Source: Neophaeotheca triangularis (taxonomy: Eukaryota). From it: DNA of 64,000 nucleotides. The DNA lies in contig BAAIJX010000052.1 in assembly GCA_054600435.1 (NCBI GenBank), positions 1 through 64,000 on the forward strand, read 5' to 3'. Both the position numbers and the translations under genes were made by a program. Numbering within the stretch: the first letter of the stretch is position 1; every line of letters starts with the position of its first letter. This document shows, in pieces, positions 23,613-36,097 of this stretch. The notes beneath the pieces were generated by a model. It ran no database searches, was not told where the DNA came from, and saw only the letters and a list, made by a program, of their open reading frames with translations.

Positions 23613-24266
23613 ATGAAAATCAGCGATGGACCACTTATGCCCACGCCACATCTTTCCTCAAGCAGCATGCCTACATTGCCTCTCCCAACCTACCACAATG
23701 TCACCACGGCGACCAACCCAAAGGATCCGCTCGTCCTCCACGAAAACGACAACGACGACATCATCAACCTATACACCTACAACGCAAACCCACACCCAAA
23801 CCCCCTCCGCTCTCACTCCAACCCCACGCCACCGCTCGCACCCAGCACCAACACTCCAACCAACAATCTCCGGCCAACCAACAGCAGCAACAGCAGCAAC
23901 CTCACCCACCCCAGCCCAAGATCCTCTCTGGACAGCACCCACAGCCGCCTTTCCACCAACACCACCTTCTCCTCCTCCCCAAGTCTTCACAAATACCGAA
24001 CTCAGCATCCCACTCTTAGTAGTCCCGCGCTGCCGCGTCAAACCCTCCAGCATCATCGCCTCGCCTTGCCCGGCGGGGCCGGGAGTGTTGAGAACTTGAA
24101 TTTGCCTTCGGTGGGGTCGCCATTGAGGCCGGGGAGGTTGCAGCAGGGGGAGAGTGTTGAGTCGATGTCTGGGGGCGTTGATGTCAGGAAGGGGGAGGGA
24201 AAGGGGGGTAAGAAGGGCAAGAAGCGGAGGGGATGTGCCGGGTCTTGGTGTTTTTGGAATGCTTGA
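23613..24266 (+). CDS. Hypothetical low-complexity protein with a polybasic/Cys C-terminus
   Basis: ATG at 23613 (alternatives downstream); ORF of ~217 aa with the local codon pattern; ends KKGKKRRGCAGSWCFWNA. Confidence 0.6.
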   Translation: MKISDGPLMPTPHLSSSSMPTLPLPTYHNVTTATNPKDPLVLHENDNDDIINLYTYNANPHPNPLRSHSNPTPPLAPSTNTPTNNLRPTNSSNSSNLTHPSPRSSLDSTHSRLSTNTTFSSSPSLHKYRTQHPTLSSPALPRQTLQHHRLALPGGAGSVENLNLPSVGSPLRPGRLQQGESVESMSGGVDVRKGEGKGGKKGKKRRGCAGSWCFWNA

Positions 24267-24633
24267 GGATGTTTTTCTTTCGGGCGATTTTGTGGCCTCG
24301 TAGTGGGCGGGAAATATCTTTAGCGTGGCGTTCCGAGTATGAAAATGAGTTTTCGGCGGTGTATGATATGAGTGCGACATGAGCAGATTGTCGATTGATC
24401 TACTGTGACAGTATACAGTATAATACAAGTTTCGTACAGCGTTGCATTCGCGTAGCCTTCTCTTAGCCTCGAATGGCTATTTTCCTAGACTCTTACAACC
24501 GCAGTCGCTGATTCATACCAGCGTGCCTTCCAGTGTGTCATCGAAGCAGCTTCTCAGATAAGAGTTGTCCTCCAACCATGCTCCTTCTCGTCTCTCCCCA
24601 GTCAAACGCATTCATTAACCCTGATTTGCCACA

Positions 24634-25126
24634 TCACCCCTTCAACAGAGGCTCTCCCCTCCCCCTCTCCCCAAAAGCATAAGCCAACCCCCCACCCACA
24701 GCATTAACCGCACACAACCCGAGCGTCGCGCCCCTGACCATCCCCCTCGCACCCAACTTCGCCCCAATGCCACCCGCCTGCTTACGTCTCCTCGCCAGTA
24801 CAAAGTACGCGGCACTCCACGCGGACGTCAAACCCGCCGAATCGGTCTTGAAACCTTGGATGTTGAGGTAGGAGCTGAAGACAAGGATTGGGGCGAAGGC
24901 CAAGGGCAATTTTTGAAGCGGTTTGAGGTGTTGGGCTGTTATCAGGGTTGCTAGGAGGGTTGGGGGAAGGGGGTTATCTGTGGAAGGGGTGTTAGTTTGA
25001 GCGTGGCTCCTCGTGGGTGGGTGGGTGTTGATGGAAAGACGTACCTCCCCATATCTTTGCTGTTTGGACTATGCCTTGCTTGGCTTTCTCGCCCTCGGGC
25101 TTGGGGTCTGAGGATGGCATGGGCAT
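24634..25126 (-). CDS. Small membrane protein, AIM19-like, 2 exons (25126-25045, 24977-24634)
   Basis: Spliced 141 aa: WGD/NPLPPTLLATLITAQH...FSSYLNIQGFKTDSAGLTSAWSAAY...ARGMVRGATLGL; GTACGT donor and CAG acceptor. The family name is recalled, not verified. Confidence 0.75.
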
Positions 25127-25518
25127 CGTGGCGGATTAGAGGTTTCGAGAGGGTGGTTCGTTCTGATCGAATGCTTGAGGCCAACAAGGTTCCCCAGGTG
25201 TTTGGTAAGGACTCGAAGTGCACGTGTAGTGGGCGTGAAAGTGGGACGTCACTCGCTGGACGTCGGCAGGATTCTGGCCGACCTCGAGGCTTCCTTTTGC
25301 GATTAAACATATCTGGCAACAAGAACACTTCTTCTTCATTGTACATACCGACTGTACCACAATCTTGACCGCGCCGTCGCCATATTGACCTTGGCGTGGA
25401 CTCCACGGCTGTCAATCGCTGCTTCTAGGCAACACCCAGTCAACACCCCGCTACCTCCTACCACGCCATCTGACTCTTCCACCACCTATCGCAGCGCTCT
25501 GCGCGCACACTTCCAACC

Positions 25519-26705
25519 ATGTCTGCCAAGGCTTCCGGCGCCCAACCCAACGGATCAGGCGACACAAAGCACCGAGCCCATCACGATGGCAGCAGCGGAC
25601 GAGCCTTCACCCCCGAACAAAAGGCAGCAGTAATACGAGTAAAGCGATGCAAAGCGACAGACTTCTACGACGTGCTGGGACTAGAGGAAGTGCGGAAGAC
25701 TTGCACGGATGGCGAGATCAAGAAGGCCTATAGGAAGTTGAGTCTGTTGACCCATCCGGATAAGAATGGCTACGAGGGGGCGGATGAGGCGTTCAAGAGT
25801 ATGTCTCTCTACTACGACTTGGAGCGGAGGTCACGCGCTAATACGGTATTGTAGCGGTCTCGCGGGCTTTTCAGATCCTATCAGACCCGGATAAGAAGGC
25901 CAAGTACGATAGATTTGGAGGAGATCCGGATAATAGATTTGGTGGTGGTGGTGGTGGTGCGCCTAGTGCGTCGCCATTCTCAGGCTTCGCATCACCACGA
26001 GGCGCGCGCAGAGGAGGGCCCATGTTCGAGGAGGAAATTAGTCCGGAGGAGATGTTCAGGCAGTTCTTTGGTGGAGGTATGGGAGGCGGGCCATTCGGTA
26101 GGAAACAAAGAAGATCTTATAATGACAGGATGAAAAGCTAACTATCATGTCTAGGCGGCGGCCTTTTCGACACAGGCCCAGGTTTCGTCTTCAGCTCCGG
26201 CGGCATGGGACCGGGAGTGCGCATGCATCAATTCGGCGGAGCCCGACCACGAAGACGACCACACAACCACGCCAACGCCGAACAGCAATCACCAGTCGAC
26301 GCCTTTCGAGCTTTACTTCCACTTCTCCTACTGTTCCTCCTCCCACTCCTCTCGTCCCTCTTCTCCTCGGCAACAAACTCCTCCGGTCCCTCCGTCCGCT
26401 TCGACGCCCCGCAACCACCACACACCATGTCCCACACCTCGTCAAGACTCAAAGTCCCCTACTGGGTCAACCCGACCGAAGTGGAAGACTACAGCCCCAA
26501 GAACTGGCGAGAACTCGATAAAGTCGCCGAGAGCAGATACATCGGTCAACTCAACTCGGAGTGTGAATGGGAAGAGGCGCAGAGACGACGGTTGGCGCAG
26601 GATGCTCAGGGCTTCTTCTTCACGGATATGGAGATGTTGAATCGGGCGAGGAATATGGAGCTGAAGAATTGTAAGAAGTTGAGGGAGCTGGGCGGGAGGC
26701 GGTAG
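25519..26705 (+). CDS. HLJ1: ER-membrane J-domain protein (Hlj1/DNAJB12-like), 3 exons (25519-25798, 25855-26097, 26155-26705)
   Basis: J domain with HPD (LTHPDKN), G/F-rich region with EISPEEMFRQFFG, a TM segment and a DUF1977-like C-terminus. Introns keep the frame. Confidence 0.9.
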
Positions 26706-27611
26706 GCTGGGGGATGGCGGTTTTGGTGCTCTGGGTATGCAAGGTGCTATGGGCGTTTATACCAGTACTGGCACGATCCTTCTACTCCTCATACGGCTCT
26801 CATGTGTTATCGTTATGCTAATCCGAGTCCTCGAGTACAGCGCATTACGGCAGAGGCTGCATCTTCCAAGTACAACCACGAGCATTCGAACGTTCCCAGG
26901 TACTATTGCCAATGGTGGGGCTATTTTAAAGCTCGGGTCCTTTCACAGCTTCGCTTCCTAGCGAGATCCAAGAAGGCAACATGGTTCCCACATTCACTTA
27001 AGCGGACAGCTGTCGGTGCAGCTGCAACAGCTAATCTATGCTGCAGATTTTCGCAAGCGATGAAGGGTAGACGCTCAGCCTTCTTCGCATCCATAGGCTC
27101 CGCAGAACGCCACCATGCAGGCGGTGCAGCTGGAATAGCAGAGACTTGGTATTAACTGGTAGACAGTACTCACGCCTCGTGCTATTCACCGGTCCGGACA
27201 ATGCGATCTCATTCTTCGCCCAGAAAGGCCGCTCCACTTCCCGGACCTCAGGAATCGTGTGACCGCTGGAGCATTGGTCACCGGGTTCAGACCAGCTGCC
27301 GGCGCTCGGCCAATGCGCTCTTGATCAAGGCTGCCATCCTCCCTCACCACGCAAAGCGCCGCCGAGAGTAATAGAGCAAGGGTAACGGCTGCAGCAGCTC
27401 CAATACTTAGCGGCTGATAGCCACCTCCGACCGGATCAACTGCGCCCCGCTACAAGAGCCATTGCAGAATCGAAAGCAGCTCTCACTTAGTTCCTGTTCT
27501 CTTTCAGTGCCCCACTTTTCGCATAGTCTACCTTCTAACACGCATTACTTCAATCACTGTTTGCAGGCTCCTGAGAATAGTGGCCCGAAATATCTTAAAT
27601 TCCATTCTGCC

Positions 27612-30600
27612 ATGGATCCTGACGAGCTCAAGAAACAATATGGTTCAGTTTTGCCACCCTCGCTGAGGCTTGGCGCTACTGGTCAAGCGAGTACAAGTAC
27701 TAGACAACCTGTTGTCGGCATAACGCGAAGTCAAACTGCCCCGGACCTTGGCCGCAGTGAGAGCGTAAAGGAAGAGACAGCACGCGCCGCACAAAATCGT
27801 CTCGGTCGGAAGACCGATAACGTTGACCCAAGTGCAAATCCCCGAAGAAAGTGGTCTGGCATTGTGCCGAGTCGCCCGGACAAGGAGACGACTCGTGGAG
27901 ACGATGATAGGGAAGAGCTAGTCCGTCGTGCGGCGAATCAGTTGACTTCCGTCAAGGTTGAACACGACAACGTGAATCGGGCTGCTGCATTGACTTGGAG
28001 AGCAAAGACAGCAAGGGCAAGGTCAAAGAGAAGGACGCAATCTTCTGCGCATCACCTTTCGGAAGATGTGTCAAGCCACCCTGCTCGAGACGAACCATAC
28101 TCCAGAGATATCGCTCATGAACCCGACAAGCTCGCTGGTGCACAGGGCGGACCAGAAACCCCGACACCACCCTCACCGCCCCCACCATCAAAGGCCGATT
28201 CTCGTGGACGTCAGCGTAATCACGCTCTCCAGCTACAAAAGCCAGAAGAGGGGGCCGTTGACGAATGGGCATCGTTCTTCAAGAAGCTAAAGGACGAGAA
28301 AGAAGCCAAAAGGCCCAACAGGCCATCGCAAGAGGAACTTGAAGAGTGGTCGTCGTTTGCCGAGGGCGTGAAGAACACGACGCAGATGAAAAAGTCGAGG
28401 AGAGCAAAGAAGGCTGCGATGCACGGTACAGGTGGGCCCTGCAAATTCAAATCGAAGCACGCTACCACTGAGGTTGAGCCCGAGAAACAACCATTGAAAC
28501 ACTCGTATGCTGAGAGCGAGCCCGAGGAACCTGATGAGAAAATGTCAGCCTCACCAAGCATTAGCAAGACACCACTGAGAGAGAGTGTGTCCTCAGACCG
28601 GAGTAGAAAGGGTCGCAATGCGACTGATAGGGGCGTATCAAGAGCCCACAGCCGTTACTATGAAGACGGCGACTACATGCCCTGGCGGTCAACCTGGTAT
28701 ACTGAAGGGCAGCCGCCGGACGACACCGAGTTTCATGCGTATTCACGCCTCGATGAGGGCTACCCTGCATACAGGTCCAAGGAATCCAGGACCCATTCCA
28801 ACAGAAGGCCCAGGCCTCAAATCAATTCGAGCGCAAATCCCCCGTATCACGACGGGCGGGGAGTCGATGCAGATGCTTTCCCCGAGTCAGGGTTATACAC
28901 ACCTCCGCGTCCGCCATCTCAAGATCTCTATGCATCTTTCTTTCCCCCAAGTCGAGATCTCTATGCAGCTGAAGCTCTACCACCTCGAGATCCATATGTA
29001 CCTTCGCCTCTCCCACGTCCTTCGCCTCTCCCACGTCAAAACTTCTATGCAGCTGAAGATCTACCACTTCGAGATCCCTTTGCACCTCTAACTCCGCCGC
29101 TTCCAGATCATGATTCCTGGCAGAATATTGATCCTTCCTGGCAAGATATTGATCATGCCCTTCGGTCTCGCGTGCGAGGAAGATCCCCTTCTCCCCGGGA
29201 GCCACCACGTCCGGGCTATCCTTGGCCCTCCGGTGATGGCGACCTTCGCGAAAGACCTCGCCTGGACCTGGATGATGTGCCGTATGCGTCAAGGATACTT
29301 ATCAACAACGAGTCTCTTCGGTCCCTTCCCTGGCATTCTCCCCTACGTACCTTTTGGCGCAACGCAAAGCGCTACCATGGCCTTGTTGATAACGGAGACG
29401 ACCACAAATCGGGTGAAAGCAGCCATGCATCCAACGCAAGCTTCGCTGACTACTCGTCTTCTGATGGAGTGAACCTCACAAATGAGCGCTCTTTACAAAG
29501 TCATTATTCGCAGCCCGTTGAAGAACAACTTCCAGGTAGGTAATCTCTCCAATGAGCGCGACTTGATCAACGCAAAAACTTATATTGGTCTTCTCTTTCT
29601 CAGTTGGCTTTGATCGAGGCCAAACCAGGGGATTCGATTCCTTCGAAAGCTCAGCTGAGGGTGCACTCCCCTGTTGGCATCGCACCCGTATAACTAAGCT
29701 GTGGGATGACATCGTTGGTGACTCGGCTACTCGTGAGGCCAAAGGGAACGCGCAACAGCATGAAACCAGAAGAGATACCAGAGTCCTCGATGCAGGTCTG
29801 AGCGATTCAAGGTCTGGTTTTCGGGCTGTAGCGAGCTCTCGCTTCGTTGGGGCACAGGAGGGCAAAAAGGGTAGCTTGGCACGCTTCAGCTTTCTGAATA
29901 GTACTTCACCAGAGGGGGATTTGATCCTATTCTACGCCAAGTGGGTCCAACTCGGCAGCGTCTGCGTTCCGCTAATGCGTTCCCGCTAACATCGGCAGGC
30001 ACTTTCCACAAGAACAGTTGGATGTTGAAAACTTCAAGGTTTGTGTTACTGTTGCATGTCTTGTCTCCTGCTACTCTCCTCTAATTATTCCCAGAAAAGT
30101 GTCTTGAGCCTGCCGGAGCTTCGATGCTATGGCCACGAGCTTGTAGAATACTTGACCGCGGAGTGGAAATCTGACCAGACTGACAATGAATGGTCAACCC
30201 AGGCGGGCCACCTGGGACGTTCTCCACAACCGCACCTCACTTCCACGCTGCGCATCGTCCCGATTTGCCTGCCGTACGTGTACGACGCGGCCAAGAGAGA
30301 ACGGCACGAAACGAGCTCGAGTTCGATTGCTCAAACCCTCTTCCAATATTTGAACCCCCAAGGAGACGCTCGCCGAGATCAGAAACAAGTACGCAGTCAA
30401 AGAGATACATTTGGGCCTGCTAAGCAGCTCTACACATCTCAATTATGGGCATTGCTAATAGACGACAGTAAGCTAGCTCCTCAAACGAATGCTAGGCTGG
30501 ACTAATTCAAGGCTGTAGAATACCTGATATCATGCGCTACCGCGAGCGAAGATGAGATATACGGTGAGCTTTGCGAGCCGCTTGTCCATTCCGCCCCAGC

Positions 30601-33095
30601 CAATGGCTTCAATCATTCCCTTGATCGTATTCACCTAAGTACACCAGATGCTCGATGCTGGCTGTTTGAAAAGTCAGAGTGCAAGACTTTCATGGTGCGC
30701 TCTAAGCCAAAGGACTTTATCCTTGGTTGGTCACTAACGATTCGACAAGGACTTTGTTGCGCATTTCAGTGACGTGACTAACGACTTTCATGGAAAGTTT
30801 GAAGTCTTCCTGAACGAGCGGGCAGTCTTGCCTCATCAGTGGTCTGCAGTCGTGCAAAAGACAGGCGGTAGTATACATCTCAGACTGAAGGAGAGGTCGC
30901 GCGATTCCACGCCTGTACTCCCAGAGGATTACCTGCTAGGCGTCTACCCCGAACATCCCTACAATGCACCTTTGCAACAGAACCGGCATCTTCAGCTGTT
31001 GGATTTACGGTGTCTTCGGGCGCCGAATCCGGACACAATCAAACATAGTAGCCAGCCGCCAATTCCGAAACCAAAAGTCCAAAAGGCACTTTTCAAGTGT
31101 TTGAATGAAAGCCGGCGGCTTTTAGAGTCCACATGTAGACAGGCAACAGCGCACATCGACCCTTCGGCGTGGAAGAAGGCTACTCTCGCAGCAGGTTTGC
31201 CGGATTTCCCAGTTCAGCTGTCCGGAAAAGGGTCTCAAGTTCTAGAGGACGATGTCCGCTTTAGCTACGAAGAGCTCCGCAAGCGTATGAAGCCGAACGA
31301 TCACTTCCTTTACACTCATACGGGCAGGTTGATCACCTTCGACAGTTACAGGTTCACGGAGAACGTCACTCTCGACCCAGACTGGTCATCTGTTGCGGGT
31401 ATTCAAGAAGAGCAAGGGACGAAAATGGGTCAACGACTGCATTCACCCGGCAGCCAATGGTATGCGACTCACCCGTCGGACATGTACCTTGTCAGATGTG
31501 ACCTTGTCTGTGCGTTCTTGCTCAATGGGCTCAGAGCATTGACGAAATTGGCGGGGGAAAACGAAGGTCGGGACCTTCTCGTGCCCTATGCACAGCTCCT
31601 GGATGGCCTATATCGCTCGATTGTTCCCTGGCCCCAGGTTTGGGCGGCTCATGTGTTGATCAAAGCGTTCTTCGCCCTAATGCCCTTGTTACAGACAATC
31701 ATGCTGCTCGAGAGCTATGACTTCTCTTTCGCCCAGATCGAAGAGGATCCTCGTAAGGACGCATTGGGGTACTGTGTTTTGAGTCTATCAGCTGCGGCAA
31801 GAGCGGTGCGTTCTCTAGACGAACTTTATAGTCAGCCTCTTCATGACCCACCGGGCCGCACCAGGGGAGAGGAGATTCACCATGGCATTCGCCAGATGCG
31901 ACAACTTCAGGCGAAAGACCTCAAGAAGTCGAATGAGTGGAAGTTTCACAAGAATCGAGTGAAAACAATTGCAGCAATGGACAGCGACGTGGCACCGGGC
32001 TCTATCCAAAAAGTCGAGTCGATCTGGGCATCGGTGGCCCGCGACGCGGGCAAAGCTGCCACGACTTTGGCATCAGCCTTCCACGGCTTTCTGAAGCGTC
32101 CCTCAAGGAGCATCGCGGACAAAGCAGAGGCTGGTGCGTCTGTCATGCTCGGTGCTCTGATAGAAAGGCTGATACATAAGCCCGTGTTTGAGCGAGATAG
32201 CGCGCTGGCGATGTACGTGAAATACATGACGGAGCTGGTACGACAGAGTTCTCAGATACACGTTAACATGATGCCCGTTGGAAGACACTGACGTAGCATA
32301 GGAAACCGACATCTGGACAGGCGAGCCAAGTCGTGAGTGGTTGGATCGTTTGAGATACCTGAAATTTGAGCTGAACGCTTTCTCGCAAATTCAGGCCGGA
32401 CAGTTGGGAGTTTTGAACGCTTTTTACGATCAAGTAGAGCCTTCGTTCGCGAGGCCTGACGACTCCGACGCGGATCGGGAGCGCCCAGTACCGTCTCCTG
32501 ATTACGAAAAAGGCGCTCATACTTTGCACAGTAGCATTATGCGTCTGAAGAAAGAGAACACGATCATCCAATGGCTGGATCAGAGCATACCGCCATTGCA
32601 AGAAGAGGTACGACCATCAAGCTATTGAAGTACCTCCTACAGCATTCTTGCTGACCGTCTTTGTAGTGTCGAGCGCAGGTACTAGCAATGGAAGACTGGA
32701 GGAGCAACGCCGCGGTCGTCTTCGCCATTGTCACCGTCATCTTTCTACCGCCCTCTTTTGTCTCAAGCATTTACGGGATGAACACAGCGGACATCCGGGA
32801 CACCGAAGTGCGCCAGTGGACATACTGGGCTACCGCATTGCTGTTGACGCTCATTGTGATCACGGTGACCTTGTGGGTTGTTGATGTGCCGCCCCTTCGC
32901 AGATTCTTGAAGCGCTGGCTTGAGAAGCAGGTCGACGGTGAAGCCACATGGCCAAAACGTCTTATCGAGACAGGACTTGACCGCTACAGAGCATGGAAGG
33001 ATCGCAAGTCGGAGTGGCGGAAGCCCCGAGCTGAGCGAAAGTTTGACGGAGGAGAAGGCGTTGAGATGAGGTCTCCGGGGTTGGGAGAGGTCTGA
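27612..33095 (+). CDS. Large (~1690 aa) protein with a C-terminal CorA-like 2-TM GMN module, 8 exons (27612-29535, 29604-29940, 29999-30038, 30095-30467, 30519-30694, 30750-32237, 32302-32607, 32667-33095)
   Basis: Seven GT-AG introns join the ORF pieces in one frame (5073 nt in total). C-terminus VFAIVTVIFLPPSFVSSIYGMNTADIRD...YWATAL is the CorA signature. Confidence 0.8.
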
Positions 33096-33735
33096 CTCTT
33101 AGCTCTTTATTGTGCATTTCGCCAAAAGAAGGCTCTTGTCTCCTGACACGTGATCGCCGTACTACGAGCAAGCTATGGGAGCCGTCCGATGGGCCCTAAA
33201 GCGTGTAGATTTAGTTCCCACGCTCGTGCCTATTCACCAAGACAGCCCGCATCTCCTCTGCATTGAGGCTTGCCAAATCAGGGGTAATAGGCGCTCGGAC
33301 CCTTCATTGCAACTTCACTTGACCTGCTGCAGCCTATAAGGTCAAAGCACCAAGGAAAGAGTGAAGTCCGATACAATTCAAGCAGGTGCGAGCAGAGGCT
33401 TTGGGATCCAGGCTGTTCTTGGACAGTTGCCTGGTGCTGCTGCGTGCAGTATACCAATAAACAATTGCAAGACGGGAATGGGGTATAGCAACGCTTTGTG
33501 CTCCAAATTGATCTTGCTTGCGACTTACTCAGACATACTGCCAGGACAAAGTTGTTCTCCAAGATTAGTGGTGACTGAGTGAAGTCTACTTGACTTGGCC
33601 TGTGGGAATCTTCTGGCAGCTTCCATACACCACACTCAACACAACCCCTCGGGCCTCGTGGAGCAGTCGTGCTCCACGAACCTGCGGTTCTTCAAGACGG
33701 CACACGAGCCTTTAAGATTACCTCCTCAACACACC

Positions 33736-34940
33736 ATGGCAGATCATGCCATCATGGTGGACGGCAGAAGCAGTACGACGCAATGTAAGTGATTTAAGGG
33801 TCTCCATCAGATCTAACAAAACCGTGCTGATGTTTTTGTGAAGCTTCAAGGCAGCCGTGAAGAAGCAGGACGCCACTCGGGAGGACTTGATCCACATACG
33901 ACAAGATATCGAGAACCTTTGCGGACAGCTTCGTGCTTGGGACGACCAGCCATTCAATGTCATCAAGCTCGCCCTCGAACACACACTCCCAAGAGCTGGA
34001 TCCCGGCGTCCTCTCTCTCTACGGGATCTTGTCAACTGTTCTCAATCTCTAGACACTATCAGTCTTTCGCCATACGATTCTGCTGCCACAACCAAAAAGA
34101 AGGAAAAGGACATCAGGGTCCAAACTCTGCTACGTTGGCTGTCACCTCTCGACCACGTCGGAACTATGGTGCACACGGCGGGCCAAAAGCTCGACTTCCT
34201 CATAGAAGACATCAAGAACATCAACGAGGCAGACGACGGTCCACTCAATCGTCACAACGTCTGTGGCGATTTTGAGATTCCAATCAGTCGAAGCGAAGAG
34301 CTTTAGGACCGCCTCAAAGCCACCAAACGTGGCTTGGCCGACGCAATCAAGCCTTTGCAGGAATGGGTGCGCGAGACGAAAGAGTACGAAGAAGCAAAGG
34401 TCTCCACGGACATTGTGCACGCGCAAAAGCTGGCCTTTGTCACACCTGACCGCAAAGGTCGCAGGGAAATGCGTGACGCAGAGTGGGACGCATTGCTTGA
34501 CCCCGACAACATCTTGGATTGTGAGGCATTGGTGTGGAAAACTCACCGACTCATGTATTCGGATACAGTATTCCCGGAATTATTTGCGTGGGACACGAAA
34601 AGCAATAGCTCTTGCCTTAGAAGTTATGACGACAAAAGCTGGGATTGGTCTCCAACTCTACTTGGAGTTCATTCAAGACCTGCTGCAGTACGAGGAGACA
34701 CTTTGAGCAGTCATGGCTTCAGAACGCCAGTCGATGTTGTCGTAAGGTGGTGGTGCTTTGGTGGGTTTAGGGAGGAGAACTGTTCGCTCGTTGACTTCGG
34801 TCGCGGCTACACTTTCCATGGCACCCACGGGCCTTGAAGGAAACGTCGGACACGGAATGCGACAGCTCTTTCTCAGAAGTGACAGCGATACGAAACGGGA
34901 TTGGTCTGCAACTCTACTCGGGGTTCAAGACCTGCTGCGA
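33736..34940 (+). pseudogene. Probable disrupted hypothetical gene (in-frame TAG at 34304-34306, internal duplication at the 3' end)
   Basis: ATG at 33736 and GTAAGT donor at 33785. ORFs 33857-34306 and 34334-34837 are in the same frame, separated by a single TAG. No recognised domain. Confidence 0.4.
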
Positions 34941-36097
34941 CATGGGAAAATTTCTCTCTGGATTGATAGGAGCGAGTGTCATAAACACCAACGCTCTCTA
35001 AATCTTTGTGCACTCCCTACATGCATTTTGTACTTTCACTTTACATTATGTGAAAGTCGAGCGTTGCTACTGACAATGTCAAAACACAGCCGTCTTATTT
35101 AGGTTGTAACTAAGGTTTGAGCCAAGCTTCCAACTAGCCCGAATCTTATCATCTCTATATTGCGGTTACGCCCGTGAGCCAGCACTTGGGTAGATACATA
35201 GTGCTATAAGCTCCTTTCACTGCACCCCTCGAAAGTGGGAACAGTAAAGCGAAGAAAGTAACGACTGTTCAACACCTCACCGGGCCGTAGCCTCTCGGCC
35301 ACAACCATGTCTCCTCACCTCTAAGCAACCATTCTCAGCAGCCGTAGTGAATCCATGACACCCCTACGGCCATAATGAGGTACCAAGGAGAAGAGAGACT
35401 AAAACCTGCCGGAAACATACACACTTGACTCCATTACTCAGGTTACCCTATCCCTACCTCCCAAGTCAGACCTTCACTGCTTATCCCAAGCGTGCGCCTG
35501 GCACACTTCGGCTTTACAACCCGGAAACTCTATCCCCTCGGCGATAGCGCTTCAAATTACGTTGGATACTACAGCAATCTAGTAGGAGAGAGACGGATTT
35601 GTTTCTAAACCGCTCTCTATGTGCGCTATGAGCGGTAGTAGCGTAGTCTAAGCCGAGAGCATAACAGCACAGCACGGCGTTGAACGTGTGCGCCCTCTTT
35701 TCGGTCGAGTGCTCGCAAGCTTCATACGAGGCCCCGGGTGAGAGAAGAGATGGAGTGTTCACCTGCGCAAAACTGTCCCTTTATTTTGCCACCCTATAAA
35801 CGAGCTGCTACACCTATCACCTACCTATCAACCTCTCATCAAACCCTTGACCAAGGTAGAGCGGTTGACCCAACTCTCTCTAATCTACTTGACACGCGAT
35901 ACATCACAATTCTACTGCTAAGCAGTATCTGCTTTCAACTCTACAAGATTCTACAACACCGTATGCAGCAGTCCGGAAATTCACAACACATCCCGGCCGA
36001 TTTTTGATGTTTAAGCAGCAATTTGGTATCACAGACTAGTAATAATGAAATCAACACAACAAACCCCACGCCTTCGACTCTTCCCATCAGCCCACAA

